From Lama glama (Eukaryota), in the NCBI GenBank assembly GCA_028534125.1, contig CM052816.1, positions 46,130,001 to 46,194,000 of the forward strand: DNA of 64,000 nt. Direction: 5' to 3'. Within the stretch, counting starts at the first letter, position 1; every line of letters starts with the position of its first letter. Shown piece by piece: positions 13,501 to 26,290 of the stretch. A program made the translations under genes and the position numbers. Below the pieces are notes generated by a model. That model did no database searches. It had not been told where the DNA came from and saw only the letters and a program-made list of their open reading frames with translations.

Positions 13501-14828
13501 TGTTCTTAATAGTAGTAACTGATAAAATTGGTTAAGAGGGGCAAACCATTTCATAACCGACCTGCCACTATTGTACTATTAACTAGAAAATACTGTGGGG
13601 AGATCATGTCCCAGGACTTAGAAAAAAGGGCTCTTTGCATATCAAATTACCTGTATGTCTCTGGGTTTAATGTGTGCCTTCGATAAATCTATACATGCTT
13701 AGAACTATAAATTCTTTCAAGTTCAATAGCAGGCTACTACCTTGAAATCTAGAAATTTAGCCAGTGCCGTAAATATGTGTGACACTTGGACTTTAGCAAA
13801 TCATGAAAGTCATTCTTTCTCATGCTCCCATGTACATGAGAGTCTGAATTACCACTCACTGATTACTATTTAATTAAACAAGAAAAGTACAGGTAAATTG
13901 TTCCTGTCGTTATAAAGGCAATGGACACATTCAGTGACTGTCACTCAGCAGAGCTAGTCCCAGAGTGATTAGGTAGAGACAGGCTATACACAACATATCA
14001 TTTCTTTCAAAAACAAAGCAAGACTCTTTTTAGGGGGTTGGGAGAGTAGGAAGGGAGTATTAAATTTGTTGTATGTCTCTTTCTCTGTGTAATTGTGTGA
14101 TTTGGTTATTTTGAGACAATAGCTGGGTGTGAAAATTACACTGCAGTAATTTTAGCTCACCTACATTTTTTGGCATTTGCTATTTTTTCACATTGTTCGT
14201 ATTCATATTTAAGACATTTAAAAACATAAAAAGAAAGTTGAAGTACAGGCTAGCTTTCTAATGATGAAGAACGTATTTTTTTCCTTAAATGTTCGTCCGT
14301 GCCACTCTCTCATCCACTGCTCCCAAGCATCTCCTCCGCAATTCCGTCTCATTTACAGGCTTTGTCTCCAGAGCCCAAGTAAGTGTCCTTGTATTCTGCC
14401 CTTGGACTTGATCAAACATGGCTCCTGTTTTGGGCCCAATGCTTGAAAGCCCCTACTGTGATCCTCCCTCCATTTTTCCCCTCCCAAGGTAGATAGAGTC
14501 CCTTTGGCTGGATCAGGGGACCAACCCAGTTGGGGTCTGTAATCCTCCAATTAGATGCCATTTCAGAAACTCTGGACCCCATAATTTCTTGCCCTTATAT
14601 AACCAAGAAGGCTTCTAGGGCCTGTGTTGGAGGATCCTCCAGGTCCCTTCTCCTGGGGGCACCAATGTGCTTTTCCCAAAGGGAAGAAGGAGGTTGTGTC
14701 AAGTGGAACATGAAGATGATGGTCTGGGGATGGAAAGAAAATTGGTGGGTGGATTCCCAGGGGCTTCACAGAACTCATGTCTGGCCCATAAAAGGGGTGG
14801 ACCTGGTGTTGTTTACCCAGGAATGTCT

Positions 14829-14975
14829 GTCTGTCTGTTTTTTTTTTAAATTTTTTTTTTTAGTTATAGTTAAGTTTACTATGTTATGTCAATTTCAAAT
14901 GTAGAGCACAACTTTTCAGTTACACATGAACATACATATATTCATTGTCACATTCTTTTTCGCTGTGAGCTACCA
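14829..14975 (-). mobile_element. 5'-truncated young L1 3' end with target-site duplication
   Basis: T-rich tail then tagttatagttaagtttactatgttatgtcaatttcaaatgtagagcac...ttcattgtcacattctttttcgctgtgagctacca; flanked by caggaatgtct at 14818-14828 and 14976-14986. Confidence 0.85.
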
Positions 14976-15029
14976 CAGGAATGTCTTTCTTAACTTCTCT
15001 GATAAGGTCAAATACCTCTATTATTTTTA

Positions 15030-15242
15030 TAGATTCTCAGAGCATTAGGTGGCAGTCCTTGAACATTTGTGATTTGACTCTTGTTTGTGTGATTATGCAC
15101 TTAATGTCCACCTTATTACAAGTCTGTGGCCTCAAATGAGCCTGAAAATGGGTCTAATTATGTTCACTGTTGTATCCTCCTGCCAAATACATTGGTAGGG
15201 TCATAGTAGATGCTGAATCAATATTTGTAATGAACAAATGTG
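15030..15242 (+). mobile_element. L2 LINE 3' end
   Basis: ttatgttcactgttgtatcctc...catagtagatgctgaatcaatatttgtaatgaacaaatg. Confidence 0.65.
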
Positions 15243-15479
15243 AACTTTCAAACTTTGTAACATTCCTCTGAAAACTGGAAGACCAGTGACCTCACTGAAT
15301 ACATGAGGCTTGATGTGTGTTTGGCAGATAGTTAGAAAAAGTGTGTGTGTTAAGGTTTGTCCAGCCAAGCTGATGATCAGTTTGAGTGAACATTACCTGG
15401 TTTGCATACATGTGCTATCAATTATTTATTAGTCAGAAGTATTTTGGTTTGAAAAACTACTTTACTCTGTCTTCCTGAT

Positions 15480-15830
15480 GTATTAGTACATTTAACAGAA
15501 AAGTCCAGGGGAATAGATTGACTTTAAGCACATATAGATCTAGGAGCTCAAATGAGAACATAAGTAACCTGTCTCTTTCCATTTCCAGACACCGTGTTGA
15601 CTTTGTTCTCTGGCAGTAAGTATCTTCCCCTACAACTCTACTAAAAGTTCTGTCCCTGATTCTCATAGGCCTAGTGTGGGTCACATGTGCAACCCCAAGC
15701 TGTACAGGTCAAGTCAGACCATCATAGCACAGGGATTGAAAAATGAGGATGAAGTATGTTCCCCAAAAGAAAATTAATATATTACTACTGTAATAAAGAT
15801 ACTGAGCAGGTAACACCATAGATCCTCATT
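15480..15830 (-). mobile_element. Old MaLR LTR (MLT1K/L-like)
   Basis: gattctcataggcctagtgtgggtcacatgtgcaacccc and ttccccaaaagaaaatt words typical of old MLT1 LTRs. Confidence 0.45.
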
Positions 15831-16384
15831 CACTTTAACTAGCAACAGACTCTGTAGAGCAGAGATTCTTGATTTAAGGTGACTTGACTTAATGACTTGC
15901 AGTCGGTTGCTGCTGTGTTATTAATTTATCACACGTAGAGAAGTTTATCACACATGGAGAAGGAGCAGTATACGACCTTGTCTTCTAAGCTTGCTTCCTG
16001 AAGGACTCTGCTCCAGGTCACCAGGCTCTCTCTTAGTGTAGCGTTCCAACATTTCCTTGAGGGGATTAGGAGGAAGGGAGACTACTGGATCCAGTCATAT
16101 TCTTGGGATGTCTGTTGGCTGTTGACCAAAAAACCAGAATTAAGGAAAGGAGTAGAACCAAGCTGAGAAGAGCAGAAAGAATCAGTAAGGAGAATGAGTA
16201 GTATTGTAGATGCTGCAGATTATAATGCTTAAGAGACCAGCAAACGATTTCTGTAGACAATTCAATTCCTAAAAGAAGAATCCACTCAATGTTTTGAGAA
16301 AACAATCACTTGAATAAGTGTTGCCTCCCTAGAGGACTACTCTGAAAAGTAAAACAAATTTTTGGTATGTTAATTAAGAATAGG

Positions 16385-16626
16385 GAAGTGATTCAGAACA
16401 CAGGCTTTGGGGTTCAAACTGAGGCTCCACCATGTACTAGCCTTGTGATCTTGGTCAAGTTACTTACGTCTCTATCCTTCACCGTGCGTATCTGCTGAAC
16501 GGGAACATTAATAGACTCTACCTAGTAGACTGGCATGCAAAGTAAATGAGTTTAAGGTAGACTAAAGTAAAACAAGGAAAGAATTAAACTACAGACTGGC
16601 ACATAGTAATCATGTAAAAGTTGGCA
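16385..16626 (+). mobile_element. MIR SINE
   Basis: ggttcaaactgaggctccaccatgtactagccttgtgatcttggtcaagttactta...ctggcacatagtaa. Confidence 0.8.
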
Positions 16627-17149
16627 TGGCTACTAGAATGCATGTGTAAACAATAGTTTATATGTATTAGGTACTAAATTATTAAAACGGGCCTCAATAT
16701 TTTTAGGCATTTATCACCAAAAAAACTTCATAAAACCTTTTAAAATTGCTAATAAAAGCAAGGAAAGAGGAAAGAAGTCGTACTGACTGCACTCACTATT
16801 ATGGCATCTTGTAAGTTAAACTTGGAATGTGCACTGAAAAGGGAGCTAGATTTGTACCTTTAGGACACAGGCTGGATCTGTGTGTATAAAGGTTTAACCA
16901 TGATTCAGCCCATGCTTTAAAACTCTTGGACACTGTGAAATAGAGTGATGAGGGATCAAAGGATGAAAATGTCAGTGCCAATAAGGGTTGGTTCACGGAT
17001 TTTTAAAGGCTGATATGACTTGTGTAACAATTAGTGTGCAGGAGACAGCCATACGCACTGATGAGATGACAGATGAAAACAGGATAGCTTTCTAACTGGG
17101 AATTAGCAAAGTGACCAAGGATATACACTCATTCTCGTATTTATTAGTT

Positions 17150-17219
17150 TCACTATTTATGCATAGATTAATTAAACACATAGTTATTAAGTACTTAAAA
17201 TAATATACCAGTGTTGGAA

Positions 17220-17255
<36 letters not shown>

Positions 17256-18130
17256 TCAACTTCTACTTATGAGGGATCAAAAAAGGCTTTACAGAGTTTG
17301 TCACCAGGCAGAAAGAGGCATTTCAGTGGGGTCGCAGCCTGTGAAAGGGCACAGAACTGTAACACATCTCTGGGTATTCTGGGTGGGCAATTCCTTTAGT
17401 ATGACTGGAGCCCAGTGTGTAAGGCACACAATACCAGCCAAGTGGAAAAACAGACAATCACTGACTGCCCTAAATGCTATGTAACATTTACTTTATTGTG
17501 TATCTGTTAAAGAAGCTCAATCTGAGGAGTGAACAACAGCTTCACATTTTAGAAAGATGACTTCTGTGATAATGTGGAAGACACATGTTTGGTGTCCTAA
17601 GGCTTGAAGCAGGGAAACTGGTTAGAACATGACCTCAGTAAAGCCATATTAAGGGCCTGAAGAGAAGTAGTGTTGTGGTAGAGAGGTCCAGATAACAGAT
17701 AATTTGTGTAGGTTGATTTGGTGGGTGGTTGAGAGTCTGAAATTGGAAGTATCATTCATCAGAAGAGGACAGTGTATAGATTTGGGGGCAGGACGATGTG
17801 GAATATGTATTGAAATTGTTGCATTGGGATCTAGGAAAAGTGCAGAGATATGGGTTGAAGACACAGAAGTGTGTGTCGGTAATGGACAGAGAAATAAATG
17901 TAGGATGAGTAGAAAGGAAGGAGCAAGTCAAGGGGAGAACTTGAGGATCACTAATCATCAAAAAAATGTAAAGAGAAAGGAAACTTCTTATCCAAAACTG
18001 GAAAGGAAAAAGAGGACCAGAAAAATCTGAAAGCATGGGCACCAAAGAGGTGTCCACCCATGTCAAATGCTAAATGGTCAAGCAAAGAATTCCTTAAGAG
18101 GAATCCACTGACACTTGCACATTCGATGGG
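17150..18130 (-). mobile_element. L2 LINE fragment, interrupted by a (TG)n
   Basis: Purine-rich L2 antisense words cattttagaaagatgacttctg, ttgaagcagggaaactggttag, tgtcaaatgct...tccactgacacttgca. Confidence 0.7.
17221..17253. repeat. (TG)n microsatellite
   Basis: About 16 TG units. Confidence 0.97.
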
Positions 18131-19119
18131 AATATTTGAAATAAAAATAAGAAATGTGGCCACAGAACAGTATCCCTTGATCAATTTTCTGAAATATTCA
18201 CCTAGTGAATAGGTTTTCTCCTAGGTGTTCTCTGAAATCTTCTCTTCTAAAGTGTTGTCTGGGAAAACCTCCTCAAATTTCTTCTGTGTTCTTGTAAATT
18301 ATATGACCCTAATTGGGGTGATTTTCTAATTTGGGGGGTTAGAAATTGAGAGATAGTCTAAAGAGTTTGTAAACATTCTCTATTACTGAATAATATTAAA
18401 TATATGAGAAACTCAGTAAATCATCAATAATGTTAAAGAGTTTCGTATTATAGCTGTTTTTATGCAATCTGGGCATTACTCAGGAGAATTACCTTTTATT
18501 ATGACTATCATGCTAATGTCAGTGCATGTCACCATGTCCCTACACGTGTCCACAGAAAATCCACTATGCTTCTGGGGAATTTGTGAATTCCTGGGGAACT
18601 TGAATTGTCTGACTTTAAGTTTCTGCTTTATCAGTTTAGTTTATGGGCCATCTTATTATTTGTAACCTACTCTTAATTTTACTACAGTGGCAGTCAAAAT
18701 CTAGCTTTACCTATAAGAAATGAGAAATCCTCACCAAGCAGTGTTGGCAGTTTAGAAAGTTGTAGGTTACAAATAAGACCTACAAAGGCTTCCTTCTCTG
18801 CAGGGTAGAGTTTTAAAGTCTTGGAAAATAATTTATTTCTAGACCCTGAAGACAGGGAACTGGGCTGGCTAGCTACCAGTCTCTCCCTTTCTGCCATAGA
18901 ATATTTCCATACTGTTTCCTTTCCCAGGAATAAATGCTGTAGATAACTAAGGTATGCTCATCTTTCAGATTACAGCTCATCACTCAGATCCTACTTCTCT
19001 CATCTTTCATGATCTGCTTTTATGTTCACTTATCACCATGAAACTCTCTGTGAGAGCCCATGCCCCACTCACAATATTAAGCTCTTTTGATGAGAGTGTT
19101 AGAATTTAAGTTTCTAGCA

Positions 19120-19232
19120 CTAGATTATAAACTCCCTCCCTGCAAGTAATACGTGATTTCTTTTCTCATCAATGTGTAATAATGCCTGGCAGTAGCTGAT
19201 GTGTGATAAATATTTGTGAATAAATGAATGAA
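19120..19232 (+). mobile_element. L2 LINE 3' terminus
   Basis: ctagattataaactcc...aatgcctggcagtag...ataaatatttgtgaataaatgaatgaa. Confidence 0.7.
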
Positions 19233-19680
19233 GTAGGCAGCACTAAATTGTTATCTCTAGTAAATGATGTTGTTATTAGGCTCTGACTTCAAAGTATTAA
19301 TCGTTTTTTGTTTGAGTTATTATAGTTCAAAAAATATGAATGATTTAAAACACAATGTACCAACACCATAGGGCTAAACAATCTATCAGTTTTTCTCAAC
19401 TCTTCCCTGCTGCAGATCACTGGAGAAATCCCAGCAGCTTTCCTTCTTCTGTTCTTCTACCACTGTTTCCAGATCGGCTAATAAAGTATTAACCTTATGT
19501 TTCGTCTAATATGACCATAGCACGAAGGAGACTAGAGCAAAAGGGAAATAGTAAATTTGAAAAGGTTGTCATATACATGTGTATTAAACATGTTTTCCTG
19601 AAACTACGTAGTATATATTTGCTCCAGTTTTATGCTGTATGACATTTTACACATGCAAAAGTAAGAATTTAGTGTTAATA

Positions 19681-19762
19681 ATACAGTATGTTAATATGTT
19701 GGTATGTATGCAGTATGTGTTTAGTAGTATAGTTAGTAGTATACAGTATGTTAGTATGTTAA
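19681..19762. repeat. Low-complexity (AGTATGTT)-like degenerate tandem
   Basis: Repeated cagtatgtt/tagtatgtt/agtagtat words. Confidence 0.7.
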
Positions 19763-21629
19763 GTTTCTGAGTTCTTTTGATGAAATTTGATGAAGTTTTA
19801 GATTAATCTATTCAAACAGCATATTAGTCACTTGGTTGGTAATTGATGAGTAACTAATCTTCTGTTTAAAACTAGGTTTATCATGCAGCACAAAATAACA
19901 GAAGCACTGACACCCCTTGGAACACAAAAGGCCCACTCAGAGCCTGACCTGCTATTGTTTTCTTCCTCACGTGGCCACATTTTTCCTTGACTTTATTATT
20001 TTTCATTAGAATCAGGCTGATAGTTTTCTTTAGTCTTTGTTCCACTGATAAGTCTCTCCTTAAAACTAATTTTTAAAATAATGCTCAAAGCTTTTGAAAT
20101 ATTGAGTTCTTCAAATTTAATTTTCATCATTTTATTTCTTATTTATAGTCTGTAAATAAGTATATATATTTCAAATTGAGACAGACCTTGAAACATAACG
20201 TGCCTTTATATAGCTGTGATCCACCCACTCAGAAGAAAACAATTCATGAACATGGAGTTTAAAATATATCATAAAATTCACGCTTCATACTGTGCCAATT
20301 TAACACAAACATGCCACATCCCTTGAATTAATAACCATAGATGATGGCTGATAGAAGTTCATAAGACTGCAATTTAAAATCCATTTATAGATCAGAAAAT
20401 AATTTGAGTAATAAAATTCAGGTATAAAGAAGAATTGTATCTGCACTTATACACAGATGACCAGACTCTCTAATGTCATATATGATTTATTACACATATG
20501 AGGCAATAAGCAGTTATACCATTTTACTATTTCCTATCCTTCAAAGAGAATCAGAATATCCTTTTTAAGTATAGTTTTTCTTCTAGAGGTTCATTAAAAT
20601 AATAGTTGGATGATATGTGTAGGGTGAGAAAATAATTTTGTTTAATTCTGGCTGCTTACAAAATGTCTCTCATTGGTCACCGACAATTTGTGGTATTATT
20701 CAAACCAGGTTGAAAAAAAAAGCTGCTATTCAGAAAGCAATGTTTAAATTATATGACTCTGAAACAAAATCACTTTGTAGATTGTGAAATCTGGTAACAC
20801 TACCCACTAATCAATTCTAAAAGAGAAATTTACATATAGAAAAATAGGTAACTGTCAGCATTTTGTATAGGTGCTGTTATATGATCTTTCACATAGTAAC
20901 TAAAATATTAAAAGAAACAAAATGATATTTTTTATTCTCAACCTCTCTGAATCATTTCCCAGTCTGTGTCACTTAATATTGTTTTTAGGAGTCCATCAGT
21001 TCTCAAGTTTTCCCAGAGCTGATCCAAGGTACACAATTGTTTTATTTATTTTATCCCTATGTAACTTATATCAGGAAAGTACCATTTTTTTAGGGTGGAA
21101 TATTATTAGAATGCCAATGCTGGACAAATAGACTAAAATATCATTTAAAGGGTATCTATATAAAATAACGTAAAAGCTATCTGAGAAGATTTTCTTCAGG
21201 AGATCATCTTTGTTCCCATGCACCCCACTCTAACTGGAATTTGGAGAGACTAGGTGACACGGTGGGAAAATATCTGAACTGCAACTCAGGAGATAAGTAG
21301 CAAATTGGAAAATTCTGAAAGATGACATCATAGATGAATATTTTATGCAAGAGTGTTTTTATCTATTCATTTTACATGGTGCACTATTCAAGCAGAAATA
21401 TTACACAAGAATACAATCTCCTATAAAAATTAACAAACATCTTTCTTATTATTGTTTATCTTTTCTCTCGTTTTTTGTTGCTGTTTTGTTTGATTGTTTG
21501 GACCCAAACTTTATTAAAAGTGAGAAATATTTTATGCTTTTGTACTTGTTATAAGATAATAAATAGACTGGTGGCTTTTTCACAAAATGTTTTTTCCTGT
21601 GTTTCCTATTTAAATTGCTTATCTCAATT

Positions 21630-21937
21630 CAACTACCTCCCTTCAGGTAGCTGTGACTGGATTCAGTGCTGGGCAGTGGAGGTGAGCAAATGTAACACAT
21701 GCCACTTTTAGGCTGGGTCCTGTAAAGGATCCCAGCCCATACTTGTTCTTTTTTGTCACCCTGAGGCAGACCAGCCTGGAGACCATGAGGTCCATATATT
21801 GAAGAACACAGGCAAAAGATGGAGGGAGCTTGGGTCCCTGAATCATGTGAGCAGGAAAACTGCCTGGGGATTATAAACGTTTTTTGAATTTTCCTGAGCA
21901 AGAGATAACTTTACTATATGAAATCACTGAGATTTTA
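21630..21937 (+). mobile_element. MaLR LTR (MLT1J-like)
   Basis: agatggagggagcttgggtccctgaatca and tgagcaagagataactttactatatgaaatcactgagattt. Confidence 0.7.
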
Positions 21938-21967
21938 ACCCATCACCTATATTTTAGTGTTCAAATT

Positions 21968-24900
21968 AATATTTGTTTGAAGTATAAGTTATACAAAGGA
22001 AAATTAATGCTTTTTGTATATAGTTTATGAGTTTTGGCAAGTGTATATTGTCACTACCACATAATCAAGACACAGAACTGTTCTCTCACACCCCAAAAAT
22101 CATTCATGTCCTTTGTAGTCATTATCTCTGATCACTATAATCCCTTGCAGCCACTGAGCTGTTTTATTTCTGTCTAATTTTGCCTGTTCTGAAATGTAAA
22201 ATTAATGGCATCATATAGTATGTATATGTAAAAGACATTTGAGTCTTTCAGCATAAACATTTTATATTCATCAGTGTCATTGCATGTATCAAGTGTTTAT
22301 TCTCTTTTGTTGGTGAGCAGCATTCCATTTTATGAATATCAGTTTTGAGTACATTTGGGTTATTTCCAGTTTTGGCATTTTGAATAAAGCCACCATAAAC
22401 ATTTACTCACAAGTTTTATGTAAAAACAGGCATTCTCACATCTCTTCAGTAAATACCCAAGCATGGAATTACTGGCTAAGTGTATGTATAGCTTTAAAAG
22501 AAACTGCCAAATTCTTCTGTAAAGTATTCGTATCATTTTTTCTTCTTATCGGTAACATATGAGTTCTAGTTGCTCTGCATCCTTGCAAACAGCACTTACT
22601 GTTGTCAGCTTTTTATCTTCTTTGACCATTCTTGTGTGTAGTGGTATTTTGTATTAGTTTCTCCTGCTACGTGAAATAGTACCACAAATTTAGCACCTTA
22701 AAGGATACAGATTTATTATCTCAGAGTTTCTGTGGATCAGAAGGCTGGTCACAGGTTAGCTAGGTGCCCTACTTAGGGTCTCACCAGACTGAAGTCCAGG
22801 TATCAGTATGCCTGCAAATTCTTCATCTGAGGCTCAGGGTCCTCTTCCAAGCTCATTCAGGTCATTGGCAGAATTCAGTTTTTTGCATTGTGGTTCTGAG
22901 GTTTCTGTTCGCTTGATGGCTGTTGGCCTGGCGTCTCCTTAGCTCCCAGAGGTCTCTCAGGCACAGGCCCTCTCACAACACGGCAGTTAAATTCTTCTTT
23001 GAAGCCAATCAGAGCATGTGTCTTTGATTTCCTGTCTCTGACCACTAAACCCTCTTTTAAGAGTTTACTTAATTTCGTCAGGCCCACCAAGAAAATCTCC
23101 CTTTTGATTGGCTCAAAGTCAATATAAGAGGTCTTAATTGTATCTGCAAAATCCCTTCACCTTTGCCTTAAAATCTAACCCAGTCCTGGAAGTGATAGCC
23201 CTTCATAGTTTCAAGTCCCACCCCAACTATGGAGAGGGCAGTGTACAAGGGCAAGGCCATGGAAGGACCTTCTTAGAATCCTTCCTACCATATAGTTCAT
23301 TTTGGTTTTAATTTGCATTTCCCTGTGACTAATGATATTGAGCATCTTTTAGTGTACTTACTTGCCGACTTTATATCTTCGTCATTGAGTGCCTGTTGAA
23401 ATATTTTGCCCATTTTTTTATTGGTTTGTTTTATAAATGAGTTTTAAGGATTCTTTATACATTCTAGACACAAATCCTTTATCAGATAAGTGTTTTACAA
23501 ATATACTCTCCCATCTGTGCCTTGTCTTTTCATTCTGTAAACATTTTTCAAGAGCAAATTTTTATTTTAATAAATTCCATTTTGTCATATTTCTTCTTTT
23601 ATGATTCATGCTTATAGTGTTATATTTAAGAAATATTTGCCTAGCCCAAGTTTCTCCTATGTCTTACCTAGAATTTTTCTAGTTTTAGGTTTTACATCTA
23701 GATCTATGATTCTTAGTTAATTTTGTTTAAAGTACAAGGTATATTTGAGGTTAATTATTTTGGCCATCAATGTCCAATAGTTCCAGCATCACTTGTTGAA
23801 AATTCTATCCATTCTCCATAGCCTTTGCAACCTTGCCAAAAATCAATCCACCGTATAAATGTCTGTTTCTAGGCTCTATTCTTCACAATTGATTTATGTT
23901 TCTATTCTTTCTCCAATGTAATACTAGCTTTATACTGTAGTTTAAAATTAACTCTTAAAGTCAGGTAATACGAGCTGTCCAACTTTATGCTTCTTTTTCA
24001 TACTTAATAGTCTTTCAATATAAAGTATAATGTTATCTGTAAATGTTTTTTTAGGTGCACTTTAATAGATTGAAGAAATTCCTTTCTAGTCCTACTTTGC
24101 TGAAAAAATTTTATCATGAACAGGTGTATTTCTGCCATATTCTTCTGTATTGATTGAGATGATCATAAGTTTTCTTCTTCACTTACTCTATTGGTATGAT
24201 GGAATTGTTTTGATTTATGATGATAAATTAGTATTTTTATATGTTGCTGGATTCAAATTTTTGGATATTTTTGAATCTCTGTTCATTAGGGATATTGGAC
24301 TGGAGGTTTGTTTTCTTGCAATGGTACTTTTTGATTTTGGTTTCAGGCTGCCGCCAGCTTTATAATATATATTGGGAAACATTCACTTTTCTTCTATTTT
24401 AGGGGAAATTTTGCATTAAACTGGCATTTCTTCCTTCTTAAATGTTTTGTTGAAATATTAGTGAAGCCATCTAGTGAACTTATCTAGGATTTTCTTTCTT
24501 GGAAGATTTTTAACTAAAAATTCAATTACTTTAGTAGGTCTAGGACTATTCAGGTTATCTGTTCTTGAATAAGCTAAGTTTGTTGCATCTTTCAGAGAAT
24601 TTGTCCATTTCATCTGTTACCAAAATTTTTGGTCATAAAATTGTTCAAAGAATTCCCTTATTATTTTACTATCTGTGTGTTTTTTAGGGATCTCATTTCT
24701 TCCATATCTATTATTAGCGATTATGTCTGCTCTCTTTTTTTCTTAATAAGTCTGACTAGAGATGTGTCCATTTAACCATTTTTTTTAAAGAATCAGCTTT
24801 TGGTTTTAATGATTTTCTCTATTGCTTTTGTTTGCTTGTTTGTTTTCAATATCATTGTTTTATGCCCTTATCTTTATTATTCCCTTCCTTCTGTTTACTT

Positions 24901-26290
24901 TTGTTTTCATTTACTCTTGTTTTCCTATTTTATTAACATGTAAACTTAGATTTCAGACTCTTGTTCTTTTCTAAAGCAAGGATTTAATATTACAGATTTC
25001 CCCTGAAGTACTGAGTTAGTTGCATTCTGAGAATTTGGTATGTTGTCCTTTTATTTCCATTTAATTTAGAACATTTTCTAAATCCCCTTGAGACTTCCTC
25101 TTTAGCCCATTAGTAATGTAGATATGTGTTGTTTAATTTCCAAATGTTTGAGTATTTTTCCACACTTACTTTTGGTATTAATTTCTAGTCATATTTTGTT
25201 ATGATCAGAGAATATAATTTATATGAGTTGTAAATAGTGCCTGTGCCTAGAAATGGACATGTGCTTTCTTTGACTATTAGTGCAAGGGTGTGAGTCAGTC
25301 TGTTCAGAAGGTTAGTTGGGTTTGCCTTTTGTTATTGCTTTGATTACCTTCAGCAAACCACTAACATCACGTCTCTAGAGTATCCTTGTTCTTGGGGTGG
25401 AACTGGTTTGTCAGAGGATTTTGTCCATTTTTCTCCATCTGTATGATGGCTCTTCCTCTGTGCCTACACCTCAGAGAAGATGCCTCCCAGCTCTTGCCCT
25501 TCCTGCAGAGGTGTACAGCTATTGCTTGTTACTCTGTGCTGTGGTGGTGGAAGATGGGGATTCTTTGTTGTCCTTACATGATGTCGGTCCCTTTGTCCCT
25601 GGCATGAGGTTTTACCAATGATTCTACCTGTCTCTCAGGTAGGAGACCTCTGATCATCTGGGTCCCCCGTGGTTTTCTGACTCCCTCAGTAGTGGGAGGA
25701 TGCTTCCCTTCTCCTTGTCCCAGGCACAAGAGGTCTACAATTGTACATTGGAGTGACCCGGGTTTTTGCCTTTCTCACACTTTAGGCTCTTCTTCTATAG
25801 AGAAGGATCTGGACACACAGTTTCTGGCTTTTCTTATGGTGATGGAACTCTCTTCCCCTCATCTGCCCTGTGAGGGAGGCTCTCTCTAGACTTCTTCTCT
25901 GTTTATGATTTTTCTCATCGGGCCTGTTGGAAATCCTTTGACTGGTTGTAGAAGAACCTGCGAGTGATGTAGACTCCCCTGTGTTTTCGGCTCACAGAGA
26001 TCCTATACTGTTGTGATAGCCCACATTTTAGCAGTGCATTAAAAATTTTAGCTGAATTCTCCTTACCTGACTCATCTTCCTCCCCTGCTCTGCTCCCAGT
26101 CATAAATCAGTGCTTGACACTCATATCCATTTGGAAGCTCCTGTCTTTCTTTAGATGTTACACTAGTTTGTTGTCCCACAATCTTACCATTCTGATGGGT
26201 TCAAGAAAAGTTATTTTGTAAATTATATGCCTTTTTCTTATTGGTAGGTTGAAAGCTCCTTCTTACTTTCTGCATCCTAAGTAGAAACCA
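21968..26290 (-). mobile_element. Old L1 (L1MC/L1MD-like): 3' UTR, partial ORF2 with internal deletions and 5'-like region; interrupted by an MLT1 LTR
   Basis: Antisense L1 words ttatgagttttggcaagtgtata, tttgcatttccctgtgactaatgatattgagcatcttt, ttccagcatcacttgttgaaa, gatattggactggaggtttgttttctt, aagaatcagcttttggtt. Confidence 0.85.
22650..23292 (-). mobile_element. MaLR solo LTR (MLT1E-like) nested in the L1
   Basis: Starts tgtattagtttctcctgct, contains gggtcctcttccaagctcattcaggtcattggcagaattcagtt and ends cttagaatccttcctaccata; the L1 sequence resumes on both sides; TSD-like tattt/tagtt. Confidence 0.85.

Noticed and set aside
14359..14378. 20-nt exon-like cassette (tttacag|...|gtaagt)
   Set aside because: Not frame-preserving and no other support; it mainly illustrates the chance rate of such cassettes
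17211..17484. Cys/Val-repeat ORFs
   Set aside because: These are translations of the (TG)n microsatellite and the L2
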